This document shows, piece after piece, positions 20,301 to 31,107 of a DNA stretch of 64,000 bases (positions are counted from its first letter, which is position 1; each line of letters opens with the position of its first letter). Both the position numbers and the translations under genes were made by a program. The DNA is from Acidimicrobiia bacterium (GTDB taxonomy: Bacteria; Actinomycetota; Acidimicrobiia; Spongiisociales; ZC4RG35). The stretch lies in assembly GCA_965215185.1 (NCBI GenBank), contig OZ244034.1:1760001-1824000 (forward strand), written 5' to 3'. The notes beneath the pieces are model-generated. The model did no database searches, was not told the DNA's origin, and saw only the letters and a list, made by a program, of their open reading frames with translations.

Positions 20301-22172
20301 ATGGATGAATCCCCATATCTGGTCACGCGTTCCGACCTGCGCAATGTGGCGATCATCGCTCATGTGGACCACGGCAAGACCACCCTCGTGGATGCCATGT
20401 TGTGGCAGTCCGGAGCCTTTCGGTCCAATGAAACGGTCGCCGAGCGCGTCATGGACTCAATGGACCTGGAGAGGGAAAAGGGCATTACGATCCTCGCCAA
20501 GAACACCGCCGTCCGCTACTTTCGCGACAGCGGCGAAGAGATCAAGATCAACATTGTCGATACGCCGGGCCACTCCGATTTTGGTGGTGAGGTCGAGCGG
20601 GCCCTGACCATGGTGGACGGTGTCCTCCTGCTGGTTGACTCAAGCGAGGGACCGCTTCCCCAGACGCGTTTTGTTCTCCGCAAGGCGCTGGCGCTGAAGC
20701 TGCCCGTCGTATTGGTGATCAACAAGATCGATCGGCCTGATGCCCGCATCTCGGAAGTAGTCGACGAAGTGTACGAATTGTTCCTCGACCTGGACGCCAC
20801 CCCAGAACAGATCGAATTCCCAATCGTTTACACCAACGCTCGCCGGGGCACGGCAACACTCGATCTCCTACAGGAGGGCACCGACCTGCGCCCCCTGTTC
20901 GAAACGCTGCTCGACACCGTGCAGGCGCCCCGGCACAATCCGGAGCATCCACTTCAAGCCTGGATAACCAACCTTGACTCCAGCCCCTACCTTGGTCGCA
21001 TCGCGATGTGTCGCGTCATGCACGGAACCATTAAGAAGGGGCAGAGCGTCGCCTGGTGCCGCACCGACGGAACCACCACCACCGCCAAAATCACCGAGCT
21101 TTACGTCACCGAGAGTCTCAACCGGGTAGACGCCGAGGAAGCTGGCGCCGGGGAGATCATCGCCATTTCCGGCATCGCCGACATCACTATCGGTGAAACA
21201 ATCGCCGATCTCGCCAACCCCACTCCCCTTCCGGTTATCAAGGTGGACGAGCCCAGCCTGTCGATAACAATGGGAGTCAACTCGTCTCCCATGGCTGGAC
21301 TCGACGGCGATAAGCTCACCGCCCGCCTCATCAAGAATCGCCTCGACGCCGAACTGGTCGGCAACGTGTCGATTCGAGTATTTGACACCGACCGTCCCGA
21401 TACCTGGCAGATTCAGGGACGAGGCGAACTTCAGCTAGCAGTGCTCGTGGAAATCATGCGCCGCGAGGGCTTTGAGATGACCGTCGGCAAGCCCAAGGTC
21501 GTCACCCGCATCATCGACGGGAAACTCCACGAGCCAACGGAGCGCCTCACCATTGATATCCCAGAGAATTTCGTTGGCTCGGTAATCCAACTCCTCGGCC
21601 AGCGCAAAGCTGACTTGGTGAACATGTCGAACCACGGCGCGGGCTGGGTTCGCTTGGACTACATCGTGGCCGCCCGTGGTCTCATCGGCTTCCGCACCGA
21701 ATTCCTCACCGAGACCCAGGGCACCGGCCTCATGGCCAACGTGTTCGAGGGCTACCGCCCCTGGTTGGGCGAGCTTCACACCCGTCGTTCGGGTTCCATT
21801 GTCGCCGACCGCCAGAGCGAGGTTACCAGTTACGCCATAGTCGCCCTACAGGAACGGGCTTCGCTGTTTGTCGCTCCCGGCGACGATGTCTACGGGGGCA
21901 TGGTCGTTGGTGAGAACCCGCGCCCCGAAGACATGGACGTCAACATCTGCCGGGAGAAGAAACAGACCAACGTCCGCGCCTCTGGTTCCGACAACACCGT
22001 CCGCCTGACCCCACCCCGCGTCTTGTCGCTTGAGCAGGCTCTCGAATTCATCGCCGATGACGAATGCGTTGAGGTTACCCCTAACGCTATTCGCCTCCGC
22101 AAGTTGATTCTCGACGCCGGCACCAGAGCCCGCCACAGGAAACGCCGCCAGCACACCCGGCTCGGCGTGTAA
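20301..22172 (+). CDS. typA: Translational GTPase TypA/BipA
   Basis: AHVDHGKTT, ERGITI-like motif, DTPGH.DF, NKID, GRGELQL, EVTP..IRLRK. Confidence 0.97.
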   Translation: MDESPYLVTRSDLRNVAIIAHVDHGKTTLVDAMLWQSGAFRSNETVAERVMDSMDLEREKGITILAKNTAVRYFRDSGEEIKINIVDTPGHSDFGGEVERALTMVDGVLLLVDSSEGPLPQTRFVLRKALALKLPVVLVINKIDRPDARISEVVDEVYELFLDLDATPEQIEFPIVYTNARRGTATLDLLQEGTDLRPLFETLLDTVQAPRHNPEHPLQAWITNLDSSPYLGRIAMCRVMHGTIKKGQSVAWCRTDGTTTTAKITELYVTESLNRVDAEEAGAGEIIAISGIADITIGETIADLANPTPLPVIKVDEPSLSITMGVNSSPMAGLDGDKLTARLIKNRLDAELVGNVSIRVFDTDRPDTWQIQGRGELQLAVLVEIMRREGFEMTVGKPKVVTRIIDGKLHEPTERLTIDIPENFVGSVIQLLGQRKADLVNMSNHGAGWVRLDYIVAARGLIGFRTEFLTETQGTGLMANVFEGYRPWLGELHTRRSGSIVADRQSEVTSYAIVALQERASLFVAPGDDVYGGMVVGENPRPEDMDVNICREKKQTNVRASGSDNTVRLTPPRVLSLEQALEFIADDECVEVTPNAIRLRKLILDAGTRARHRKRRQHTRLGV

Positions 22173-22348
22173 CGCACCGGCTAAGAGCGGTTTAAGAACC
22201 GTCGGCGCCGCGGTGCTGACAACCAAACCATCACGGTGGACTGGTCCAGAGGGATTGTTCTTAACGTAGGACGCTTACGAGGCGTCAACCGTGCCCCCAC
22301 CCAAAGGCGAAGCCCAAGCCTGAGCAACGGCTCTGACCTGGGCTAACT

Positions 22349-22425
<77 letters not shown>

Positions 22426-22492
22426 GTGTGAATGCTCAATCATAGTGGCCGGCCTCAAACCCCCACAACCAGGTTTGGCGGCCGTTCTTCTC

Positions 22493-25402
22493 TCAGCCGG
22501 AGGTGCTCAGCGCCCTCTGCACCAGCCTGGCGGCCTCATCTATCAAACGCTGATACTCCGCCAAGTCTCCCTTCACAAGAGCCTCGTTGGCCCCCTCGAA
22601 AGCGTCCGATGCCTGGGACAGCAACTCTATCACCGCACTCGACAGGGGGACCTGCTCATCGGTTTCGTCTACACCCTCCTCCCGGTCTTCCGGTGCAGGT
22701 GCAGGCCGATCATCCGATCCGAATATCTTGGCCAATGCTCCTTCCAGGGTGTTGTCCCATTCGATGTCATCTCCATGCACCACCACTACCCGGCGGAACT
22801 CGGGGAGACCTCCAGATTCGGCTTCCAGGTAGACGGGCTGAACATAGAGAACCGACTCGTCCACGGGGACTACCAGCATATCTCCCAGCACTACCGCCGA
22901 GCCCTGGCCCCTCCACAAGGTGAACTGCTGGGAAATCTCATCGTCCTGGTCGATCCGGTTACCCACCTGGCCGGTTCCCTCCACCAGCGACCCCTGCGGC
23001 ATGCGATAGTCGAGCAGCCTTCCGTATCGTTCCGGGGTGGAGTCGGCTAGGAGGAACGCCGACATGTTGGGTTTTTCCAACGGGTTGTAGGGCTGCAACA
23101 GCACATAGGAAGTGTCATCTTCACCAGGAATTGTCATTAACAGGTAGTAGGGCAACATCTCCGTGTCGTAAACGACGGAAAACCCCTCCGGGCTGATCCG
23201 GTCGCCCCGCAGCAGTTCAATACGCCGAATGGTGGAAGGGTCGGTGGGAATCGACCAGGCATCATTGCGTTGGAAGAACTGAGTCACATCCACCATGTGA
23301 TAGTCGAGATACAACTCGCTTTGGATCTTGAACAGGTCTTGGGGATAGCGAAAGTGTTCATGCAGACCCGGCGGTATCTTGCTGGCGTCCGTGAACAAGT
23401 CCGGGTACACCCTCCGCCAAGCAGCCACCAAGGGATCCGTTTCGTCCACCACATAAAGCCGGATAGTCCCATCGAAAGCGTCGACGGTGGCTTTCACCGA
23501 GTTTCTTATGTAATTGAAGCCCGACAGGGGAAGCTGCGACACACTCGACAGGCGAGCGGTGTCAAAGCCGCGCAACCCTACTCCGATCGGCTGAGAATAC
23601 GGATAATCCCCACTGATAGCGTACATGTCTACCACCCAGATGATTCTGCCGTCCAGTACCACCGAATAGACGTCGGCGTCAGCTACCAGGAAGGGCGCCA
23701 CCTGCTCTACTCGACTCTGAACATTCCTCTGCATGAGCACCCGACTGTCGGGGTTGATCTGGCTGGAAATCAGAATATTGAGATCACCGTAGCGGAGAGC
23801 AAAGGCCAATCGACGCAGAATCCCCGAGATCTCGACTCCCGCTTCCCCGTCGTAACTGTTGGTGCGGTTGTCGGCTGCTCCTCCCCCACCCTCTTCGGTG
23901 GCAGGATAATCGATCTCCTGTTGTACGGTCCCCGAGCCCACGATAACCGGACGACCCCGCTCATAAGTCTCACCAAAGTAGATCCGCGGCTGGGTCAGTT
24001 GCAGGAGGGGCTCGGTGGTCTCAGGTGGAATGTCGCTAAGCAGGAATTCGGGCTGGCCGTCGACCGCCACGACATTTGCTGGACTCAGCACCGCTCCGAA
24101 CCCGTGGGTATACACCAGCCGCTGATTTTGCCAATCCTGGGCGGGGATGTTGGGCTCATCCAGCTCACGCAGCGCCAACATCACTTGGGTGTCGGTTCCA
24201 CCGATCGGGTATCGGTCGGTATCCACATGATCCACCCGGTAGTAGGTGCGAATCTCCTGGAGCTGCTGATAGGTGCGGTTGAGGACGTCGGGGTCCCACA
24301 GACGAATGTTCCTGATCGTCGCATCGTTACGAGAGATATCGGTGGCATCCAGATCGAAGGAACCGTCGAACGAGCGCACTTCCACCTCGGACAGGCCGTA
24401 CGCGGCGCGGGTGGCGGCAATGTTGCGTTCTATGTAGGGGCCCTCTCTCACCAACTCGTTGGGCTGAACCTGGAATCGCTCAACGATGGCCGGGTAGGCG
24501 AATCCGGCCGCCACCGAGACAAACAGCCAGGCGGCCACCGACACCGCGACCAGGACCCACCCCCGGCGCCAGATGTTGATTATGAAGAGGATGGCGGAGA
24601 ACACCGATACCGCGATCAAGAGGTTGAGAGCTGGGAGCCGAGCGTTGATATCGGTGTAACCGGCACCGAAAACGCTGTTATTGGAATAGAGCAGTTCATA
24701 TGTGTCTATCCGATAAGAAAGAGCTCGCAGCAGGGCGATCGCCGCGGCCAGCGCCGACAGATGCGCCTTGGCTTGGGTGTCAAACCGCGGTAGGCGGCGT
24801 ACAGGAAACTTGATGCCCCCCAGAGCAAAGTAGCTCAATGCCACTGTTACCAAGACAGCGATCGCCACCCCGGTCAGCCAACCGACCATGGTCGACCAAA
24901 GCGGGAGCCGGAACATGAAGAACGACAAGTCCAAACCGAACTGCGGGTCGGTCGTCCCGAAGGGCTGGGAGTTTAGGAAAAGAAGCACCTGGTCGCGCCA
25001 GGCAGACACCCCGATGCCCAACACCAAGGCGGCACCCCCGGCGGCCACCCACTCCACCAACCCTCCTCTCATGCTGACCGCTTGCCGGATCTGAGCCACC
25101 GACTGATCCTCGGGGACCGTGCTGAATGAGGCGAACCGTACCGACAGATAGCGGGCCAGTCTCATGTTCCCCCACACCACCAGGAAGACGACCAGCGCCC
25201 CCAAGAGGCCCAGGGAGGCAGCCCACACCCATCGAATCCACCAGACTCCCGTCTGACCCACGGTGCTGAACCACAGATAGTCGGTCCACACTCTTGACAG
25301 TGCGGTAAAGACTCCGTAAATGATGGCAATGCCCATCATCACCCAAACAAAGCGGCGACGACGTGGGGGCTGAGTCCGGCTGGTGCCGGCAGGGAAGAAC
25401 AT
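22493..25402 (-). CDS. UPF0182 family membrane protein
   Basis: WTDYLWF, DPQFG.D.SF..F.LP, GAGYTD, NIRLWDP, YTHG.G, NYIRNSVKA.VDA.DG. Confidence 0.95.
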   Translation of the reverse strand: MFFPAGTSRTQPPRRRRFVWVMMGIAIIYGVFTALSRVWTDYLWFSTVGQTGVWWIRWVWAASLGLLGALVVFLVVWGNMRLARYLSVRFASFSTVPEDQSVAQIRQAVSMRGGLVEWVAAGGAALVLGIGVSAWRDQVLLFLNSQPFGTTDPQFGLDLSFFMFRLPLWSTMVGWLTGVAIAVLVTVALSYFALGGIKFPVRRLPRFDTQAKAHLSALAAAIALLRALSYRIDTYELLYSNNSVFGAGYTDINARLPALNLLIAVSVFSAILFIINIWRRGWVLVAVSVAAWLFVSVAAGFAYPAIVERFQVQPNELVREGPYIERNIAATRAAYGLSEVEVRSFDGSFDLDATDISRNDATIRNIRLWDPDVLNRTYQQLQEIRTYYRVDHVDTDRYPIGGTDTQVMLALRELDEPNIPAQDWQNQRLVYTHGFGAVLSPANVVAVDGQPEFLLSDIPPETTEPLLQLTQPRIYFGETYERGRPVIVGSGTVQQEIDYPATEEGGGGAADNRTNSYDGEAGVEISGILRRLAFALRYGDLNILISSQINPDSRVLMQRNVQSRVEQVAPFLVADADVYSVVLDGRIIWVVDMYAISGDYPYSQPIGVGLRGFDTARLSSVSQLPLSGFNYIRNSVKATVDAFDGTIRLYVVDETDPLVAAWRRVYPDLFTDASKIPPGLHEHFRYPQDLFKIQSELYLDYHMVDVTQFFQRNDAWSIPTDPSTIRRIELLRGDRISPEGFSVVYDTEMLPYYLLMTIPGEDDTSYVLLQPYNPLEKPNMSAFLLADSTPERYGRLLDYRMPQGSLVEGTGQVGNRIDQDDEISQQFTLWRGQGSAVVLGDMLVVPVDESVLYVQPVYLEAESGGLPEFRRVVVVHGDDIEWDNTLEGALAKIFGSDDRPAPAPEDREEGVDETDEQVPLSSAVIELLSQASDAFEGANEALVKGDLAEYQRLIDEAARLVQRALSTSG

Positions 25403-25745
25403 CAGCCTCCCATTCTACACCTGCTGAACCATGCATATCTCCGAGCCTCTGACCAAAAGTCCGAACAAGCGCATGGAGACAATCGGAGGCTATCCGGGAC
25501 GGACTATCTCTTGTTGATCCAAACTTCCGTTTCCAACCAGTCGAAACGTGATGTCGCACCCCCGTCACCAAATGCGACTGCCCATCGAGGATTTGGCTGT
25601 AAATCACCAGTGCGGTGGCTGCACCTTAAAGCCGGTTTAGGCAGGACCTGCGTGGATTCACGAACACTTTCAGGAACTCTCTCTTCCGATTGCTTGGCCG
25701 GAACGAAAGAAGAGCAGGGGCCCTCCGGTGTCCGGCGCTCCCGGC

Positions 25746-27187
25746 TTATTCGTGATCGGAGTGGTCGTGCAGACAAGTGGGGTGAAGATTCCCTATCGGG
25801 CTGGAGCCGTATGCCCACCACCACCATACGATGCCGTTGTTTGTATGCCTATGGCCCCAGTGCCCTCTTTCAAGACCCCAGGTCCCGTTGTCTTTCTTGA
25901 GGGGTCCTACATAGAGGTAATAACCTATGTCACGATCGACGTGGTCGTGCGGTGCGTCCATTACATCACAGCGATTACTGGTCATGGCCACCGTCCTCCA
26001 ATAGGACTGCACACCACTCCAGTAACCCGGGTCATTCACGCAGGTGTTCCACACAGGGTCATCATCAGCAGGGCCGAATTCGCATTCCTTAATACTGTTA
26101 CTGCTACCCCCATCGTTCTCGCTGTTACGGCTGTTACCGCCGCTGTTGCCGCCGCTGTTACCGCCGCTGTTGCCGCCGCTGTTGCCGCCGCTGTTGCCGC
26201 CGCTGTTGCCGCCGCTGTTGCCGCCGCTGTTGCCGTTATTGCCGTTATTCCCGAGTTGCACATTCTCTTCGGCATCCTCGTTGGTCGTTACATCCTGCCC
26301 GTCCTCACCATCATCACCCTCACCGTTATCACTCTCCCCGTCTCTTACCTGCACGTCCTCACCATCATCCTGCACGTCCTCACCATCATCCTGCACGTCC
26401 TCACCATCATCACCCTCGTCCTGCACGTCCTCACCATCATCACCCTCGTCCTGCACGTCCTCACCATCATCACCCTCACCCTTACTTACCTCCACAACTT
26501 CTCCAGCCTTACCATCATCGCCTTCATCTTCCCCATCACCGCTCTCACCACCTCCTTTAACACCCCCTTGCTCATCCTTCACGTCTTTCTCCTGATCCCC
26601 GCCGTTGCCTTCATCGTCACTCTTCAGATCGATCGGTATGACGCCGGGCCCACCATTTTCATCGTACCCGTACCCACCTTGACCATCCTGCCCATCATCG
26701 CCACCCTCACCATCATCGGCACCCTCGCCATCATCTTCATCCACTCCCATCATCGGCACCCTCACCATCATCGGCACCCTCGCCATCATCATCCACCCCA
26801 TCATCCACCCTCACCATCATCTCCTTCTTGCTCTTGCTCATCTTCGGGACCATCACCATCAGGTTGGCCCGCATCAGAAGGCGTCGTCGTGTCGGTAGTT
26901 GTGGAAGCACTGGCAGCAGTCGTAGTGGTGGAGGTAGCCGATGGCGCCGTAGTCCCAGAACTAATTACATCGGTGTCATTGCTAGTGTCATCGGCAGCAC
27001 TAGTTGAAGCGCCACCCTCCAAAGCAACAAAGGTCTCTCCATCGGTATCCAGAGATTCGAAAAGAGAGTATGCGATCAAACACAATGCAGCAGCCACGAA
27101 CACAGCAATCAAAACCCTCCTTCTCCTTTGAGAAGGTGAGGCAGGGTCGCGGCGCTTGGTCTTGAAGATTTTCATCAGTTTCACCAA
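25746..27187 (-). CDS. Membrane-anchored acidic low-complexity repeat protein, split by frameshift(s) at about 26750-26810
   Basis: Basic N-terminus plus TM helix, S/T linker, DDGE repeats on both sides of the break, GGNS repeats, W/H/C-rich C-terminal domain. Confidence 0.65.
26130..26235. repeat. 12-bp tandem repeat (GCCGCCGCTGTT), about 9 copies, encoding GGNS
   Basis: Directly visible. Confidence 0.95.
26349..26480. repeat. 21/30-bp tandem repeats (CTGCACGTCCTCACCATCATC[ACCCTCGTC]) encoding DVQD(EG)DDGE
   Basis: Directly visible, about 5 units. Confidence 0.9.
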
Positions 27188-27637
27188 AAAACTATGGAGA
27201 TACTGTAAATTGTGCAGGCTGCGAGTGTCTCCGCACGTTCTAATACTAGAGCCAACAAGATGGTTCCAAGCCAGAAAACATTGCTATTGCAAGCCACAAC
27301 TGGCCGCAAAAGCCTCAACACCATTAGGAAACGGACCTTTTTCCCTCGCTTCCTCGGGCTCTTCCCGGCCCGCATGCCCGGTGGGCGAGGCTGATCGCGA
27401 AAAGACCCGAAAAGTTGCGAATAAATTTGGGCGTAGGTTCCGCCTCGGTGCCGAACGGGCTGCCGATCAACAAATCCCAGGTAGATCGGCCTTTGAGCTA
27501 ATACCCGCGAAGAGGCCCTCGATTCAGTCCCAGGGGTTACAGAATTCCAAGGGACGAGGGCGCCGTTTGCCACCAAATGGGTCTGACCTGCCGATTCGTT
27601 GGCCAGGTGGTGTCTTGGGCCCTCATCTCGAAAAGGC

Positions 27638-27673
27638 TTGACCCCGGGCGACGGGAGTGTTACATTAATGTAA
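27638..27673 (+). promoter_or_regulatory. Sigma70-type promoter of nrdJ with an overlapping palindrome
   Basis: TTGACC-17 nt-TACATT with TG extension; perfect palindrome TTACATTAATGTAA at 27660-27673. Confidence 0.65.
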
Positions 27674-27761
27674 TTCCCTACTACTTACAGGGGCGATCCG
27701 GGGCGGCGCCTTGGGAAGACCGATGCTATCTATTAAAGGAATGGGCCAGGAGGAGGCAGAC

Positions 27762-30700
27762 GTGAGCGAAGGACTAAAAGTAAACCGGCGCTTCACGCGC
27801 CTGGGAGAGGACCCCTATCAAACTGTGGCTTGGGGGAGAAGAGACACTCGGATCACCAACCCCGATGGCTCGGTGGTGTTCGAAATGAAAGACGCTGAGA
27901 TACCGGCGGGCTGGTCGCAAGTGGCCGCCGACATTATGGTCTCCAAATATTTCCGCAAGGCCGGGGTACCGCTCGACGGCGAAAGCGGGACCCTCTTGGA
28001 CGAAGACGATCAGCCTCGGCTCGGCTCAGAGCACTCGGCCCGCCAGGTATTTGACCGGTTGGCAGGCACCTGGCGGTGGTGGGGGGAAAGGCATGGGTTT
28101 TTTGACTCTTCTGAGGATGCCCAGGCTTTCGAGGACGAAATCAAATACATGCTTTGCCATCAGATGGCCGCTCCCAACTCTCCACAGTGGTTCAATACCG
28201 GCCTCAACTGGGCCTATGGCCTGACCGGACCGGCGCAAGGCTTCTGGTACGTTGATCCGCAGACCGAGAAAATGACTGTCTCGCCCGACTCGTATTCCCG
28301 GCCCGCCCCGCACGCCTGTTTCATCCTCAAGGTCGAGGATGACCTGGTCAACCCAGGAGGAATAATGGACCTGTGGCTTCGGGAAGCCCGCATCTTCAAG
28401 TTCGGATCGGGCGCCGGATCCAACTTTTCGGCCATTCGGGCGGAGGGCGAGAAGCTGTCGGGCGGCGGCAGTTCCTCGGGAGTCATGTCTTTTCTCAAGA
28501 TCGGGGACCGGGCGGCCGGCGCCATCAAGTCGGGCGGAACAACCCGCCGGGCAGCCAAGATGGTGATTCTGGACATCGACCATCCCGACATTGAGGAGTT
28601 CGTTAACTGGAAGAAGTTCGAAGAGAACAAAGCCCGCATCCTGATTGAGCAGGGCGGCTTTCCCGCCGACTTCAACGGTGAGGCCTACGCCACCATTTCG
28701 GGACAGAACTCCAACAACTCGGTGCGGGTCACCGACGATTTCATCGAGGCGGTGGATACCGGCCGCGATTGGAGCTTGACCGGACGCACCACGGGCAAAG
28801 TCATGAAGACGGTCTCCGCCGAGCACCTGTGGAACACCATCGCCGAGGCTGCCTGGGCCTGCGCTGATCCCGGAGTGCAGTTCGACACCACCACCAACGA
28901 ATGGCACACCTGCCCGGCTGGCGGACGCATTCGCGCCTCCAATCCTTGCTCGGAGTACATGTTCTTGGACAACACCGCCTGCAACCTGGCTTCTTTGAAC
29001 CTGGCCGCCTTCCACGATGACCGCACTGGCGGGTTCGACATAGACGGTTATCTGCACGCCATACGGTTGTGGACGATCGTGTTGGAGATCTCGGTGACCA
29101 TGGCTCATTTCCCGTCTCAGGCGATCGCCCAGGGGTCCTATGACTATCGCACCCTGGGGTTGGGCTACGCCAACCTCGGTTCGCTTCTAATGCGACAAGG
29201 CATCCCCTACGACTCTCCCCGAGGCCGCGCTATCGCGGGCGCCCTGACTTCCATTCTCACCGGGCACGCCTACGCCACCTCCGCAGAGATGGCGTCAGCC
29301 ATTGGGACTTTTCCCCGTTTCGAGGAGAATCGGCAGGCGATGTTAAGGGTGATCCGCAACCATCGGCGCGCCGCCTACGACACTCCCCTTTCCGAATACG
29401 AAGGTATCTCCCAGGCAGTGGCCGGCATCAGCCGTAGGCACTGCCCCGCAGATTTGTCCCAAGCCGCCCGCGAGGTGTGGGACTCTGCCTTGGAGTTGGG
29501 ATCACGCAACGGTTACCGCAACGCCCAAACAACTTGCCTGGCGCCCACTGGGACAATCGGCCTCCTGATGGATTGTGACACCACCGGGGTGGAACCTGAT
29601 TTTGCTCTGGTCAAGTTCAAGAAGCTGGCGGGGGGCGGGTATTTCAAGATTGTCAACCAGTCGGTGGGACCGGCTCTCGACGCTCTTGGCTACTCCCCCG
29701 ATCAAAAGCGGGACATCATCACTTATGTGATGGGAACCCCGTCTCTGAGCGGTTCTCCTCACGTCAACCGCAGAAGCCTTCGTTCACATGGTTTCACCGA
29801 TGACGAGTTGGATCGGATTGAGGAGTCTCTCTCTGAGGTGTTCGAGTTGAGACATGCTTTCAACGCTTTGGTGGTTGGTGAGTCGACGCTTCGGCGCCTG
29901 GGGGTCGAGCCCTCCCAGTATCAGCGGTTCGATTTCGACCTGCTGGCCTTCTTGGGATTCACTCCCGAACAGATCGACGCGGCCAGCGATCACATCTGTG
30001 GATATCAGACCATCGAGGGAGCACCCCACCTGAGAGATGAACACCTCCCGGTGTTCGACACCGCCAACCGCAACGGTCGGCATGGAAAGCGGTTCATTTA
30101 CCACAACGGTCATATTCGGATGATGGCCGCCGCCCAGTCTTTCATCTCCGGCGCCATCTCCAAGACCATCAACATGCCCAACGAGGTAACTCCCACCGAT
30201 ATCAAAGAGGCCTACCACTTGTCCTGGAAACTGGGTCTCAAGTCGATTGCCCTCTATCGAGACGGTTCCAAGGCCTCCCAACCCCTTTCATCGTCCAGCG
30301 ATGACGCGGCCGGAGAAGACGACCCGGCCACCTTGGAGTTGGAAGAAGCGCTCGGCATCGAGCACCGGCTGGCCTACGGGCCTCTCCCGGAAGGGACCTC
30401 CCCCTCGCAGGCTTATCGCCCGGGTATGAATCCTCCACGGTTCCTGCTGTCCCCCCGCAGGCAAGGATGGACCCGCGAAGCGCGGGTGGGCGGCCACAAA
30501 CTCTTCGTCCGCACCGGCGAATACGACGACGGCACCCTCGGAGAACTGTTCATCGACTTGGCCAAGGAAGGCGCCACCTTACGCGGCATACTCTCCTGTT
30601 TCGCTATTGCGGTCTCCAAGGGCCTCCAATACGGGGTGCCGCTCGAAGAGTACGTGGACACCTTCATCTACCAGACTTTCGAGCCCCGGGGCCTGGTGCA

Positions 30701-31103
30701 GAACCACCCCAACATCAAGATGGCCTCCTCTATGGTGGACTACATCTTCCGAGCTTTGGCCATCGAATACCTCGGTAGGGACGATCTGGGACAGGTGCCA
30801 CCCGCGGCCCCGAGAGAACTGCCCGAAGAACCCCACCCGGTGGTGAAAGACCGGGGAAGGCAGTTGGCTCTCGACGCCGCCCGCGAGGAAGGCAACGTGG
30901 AAGCGGTCAAAGTCGCCGCCCAGTTCGTGGAGTCCGCGGCTGACACGCTATTGGAAATGTTTCCCCAGACGTCTTCGGCTCAGATTGCGCTCAGCCAGAT
31001 GATGGGAGACGCCCCCATGTGTGACGAGTGCGGACACATCACCGTCCGCAACGGCAGTTGCTATCGCTGCCTCAACTGCGGGGCTTCCCTCGGCTGCAGC
31101 TAA
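27762..31103 (+). CDS. nrdJ: Adenosylcobalamin-dependent (class II) ribonucleotide reductase
   Basis: PNSPQWFN, ACFI, SGGTTRRAAKM, SNPCSEY, APTGTI, ISKTINMP, TSCPD-type tail with CDECG..C..C; GGAGG RBS before GTG. Confidence 0.95.
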   Translation: MSEGLKVNRRFTRLGEDPYQTVAWGRRDTRITNPDGSVVFEMKDAEIPAGWSQVAADIMVSKYFRKAGVPLDGESGTLLDEDDQPRLGSEHSARQVFDRLAGTWRWWGERHGFFDSSEDAQAFEDEIKYMLCHQMAAPNSPQWFNTGLNWAYGLTGPAQGFWYVDPQTEKMTVSPDSYSRPAPHACFILKVEDDLVNPGGIMDLWLREARIFKFGSGAGSNFSAIRAEGEKLSGGGSSSGVMSFLKIGDRAAGAIKSGGTTRRAAKMVILDIDHPDIEEFVNWKKFEENKARILIEQGGFPADFNGEAYATISGQNSNNSVRVTDDFIEAVDTGRDWSLTGRTTGKVMKTVSAEHLWNTIAEAAWACADPGVQFDTTTNEWHTCPAGGRIRASNPCSEYMFLDNTACNLASLNLAAFHDDRTGGFDIDGYLHAIRLWTIVLEISVTMAHFPSQAIAQGSYDYRTLGLGYANLGSLLMRQGIPYDSPRGRAIAGALTSILTGHAYATSAEMASAIGTFPRFEENRQAMLRVIRNHRRAAYDTPLSEYEGISQAVAGISRRHCPADLSQAAREVWDSALELGSRNGYRNAQTTCLAPTGTIGLLMDCDTTGVEPDFALVKFKKLAGGGYFKIVNQSVGPALDALGYSPDQKRDIITYVMGTPSLSGSPHVNRRSLRSHGFTDDELDRIEESLSEVFELRHAFNALVVGESTLRRLGVEPSQYQRFDFDLLAFLGFTPEQIDAASDHICGYQTIEGAPHLRDEHLPVFDTANRNGRHGKRFIYHNGHIRMMAAAQSFISGAISKTINMPNEVTPTDIKEAYHLSWKLGLKSIALYRDGSKASQPLSSSSDDAAGEDDPATLELEEALGIEHRLAYGPLPEGTSPSQAYRPGMNPPRFLLSPRRQGWTREARVGGHKLFVRTGEYDDGTLGELFIDLAKEGATLRGILSCFAIAVSKGLQYGVPLEEYVDTFIYQTFEPRGLVQNHPNIKMASSMVDYIFRALAIEYLGRDDLGQVPPAAPRELPEEPHPVVKDRGRQLALDAAREEGNVEAVKVAAQFVESAADTLLEMFPQTSSAQIALSQMMGDAPMCDECGHITVRNGSCYRCLNCGASLGCS

Positions 31104-31107
31104 GCGA

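Noticed and set aside
23270-24793. Long antisense ORFs (also 14690-15811, 25728-27131, 28026-29108, 49388-50569)
   Set aside because: Shadow ORFs opposite well-supported genes, expected in GC-rich DNA.
26130-26830. Possible CRISPR array
   Set aside because: Repeats are contiguous, multiples of 3 and coding; no unique spacers and no cas genes.
27190-27760. Cobalamin riboswitch or NrdR box upstream of nrdJ
   Set aside because: B12-box elements and a convincing NrdR consensus were not found by eye.
27762-31103. Intein in NrdJ
   Set aside because: No splice-junction or LAGLIDADG motifs seen; length is explained by normal domains.
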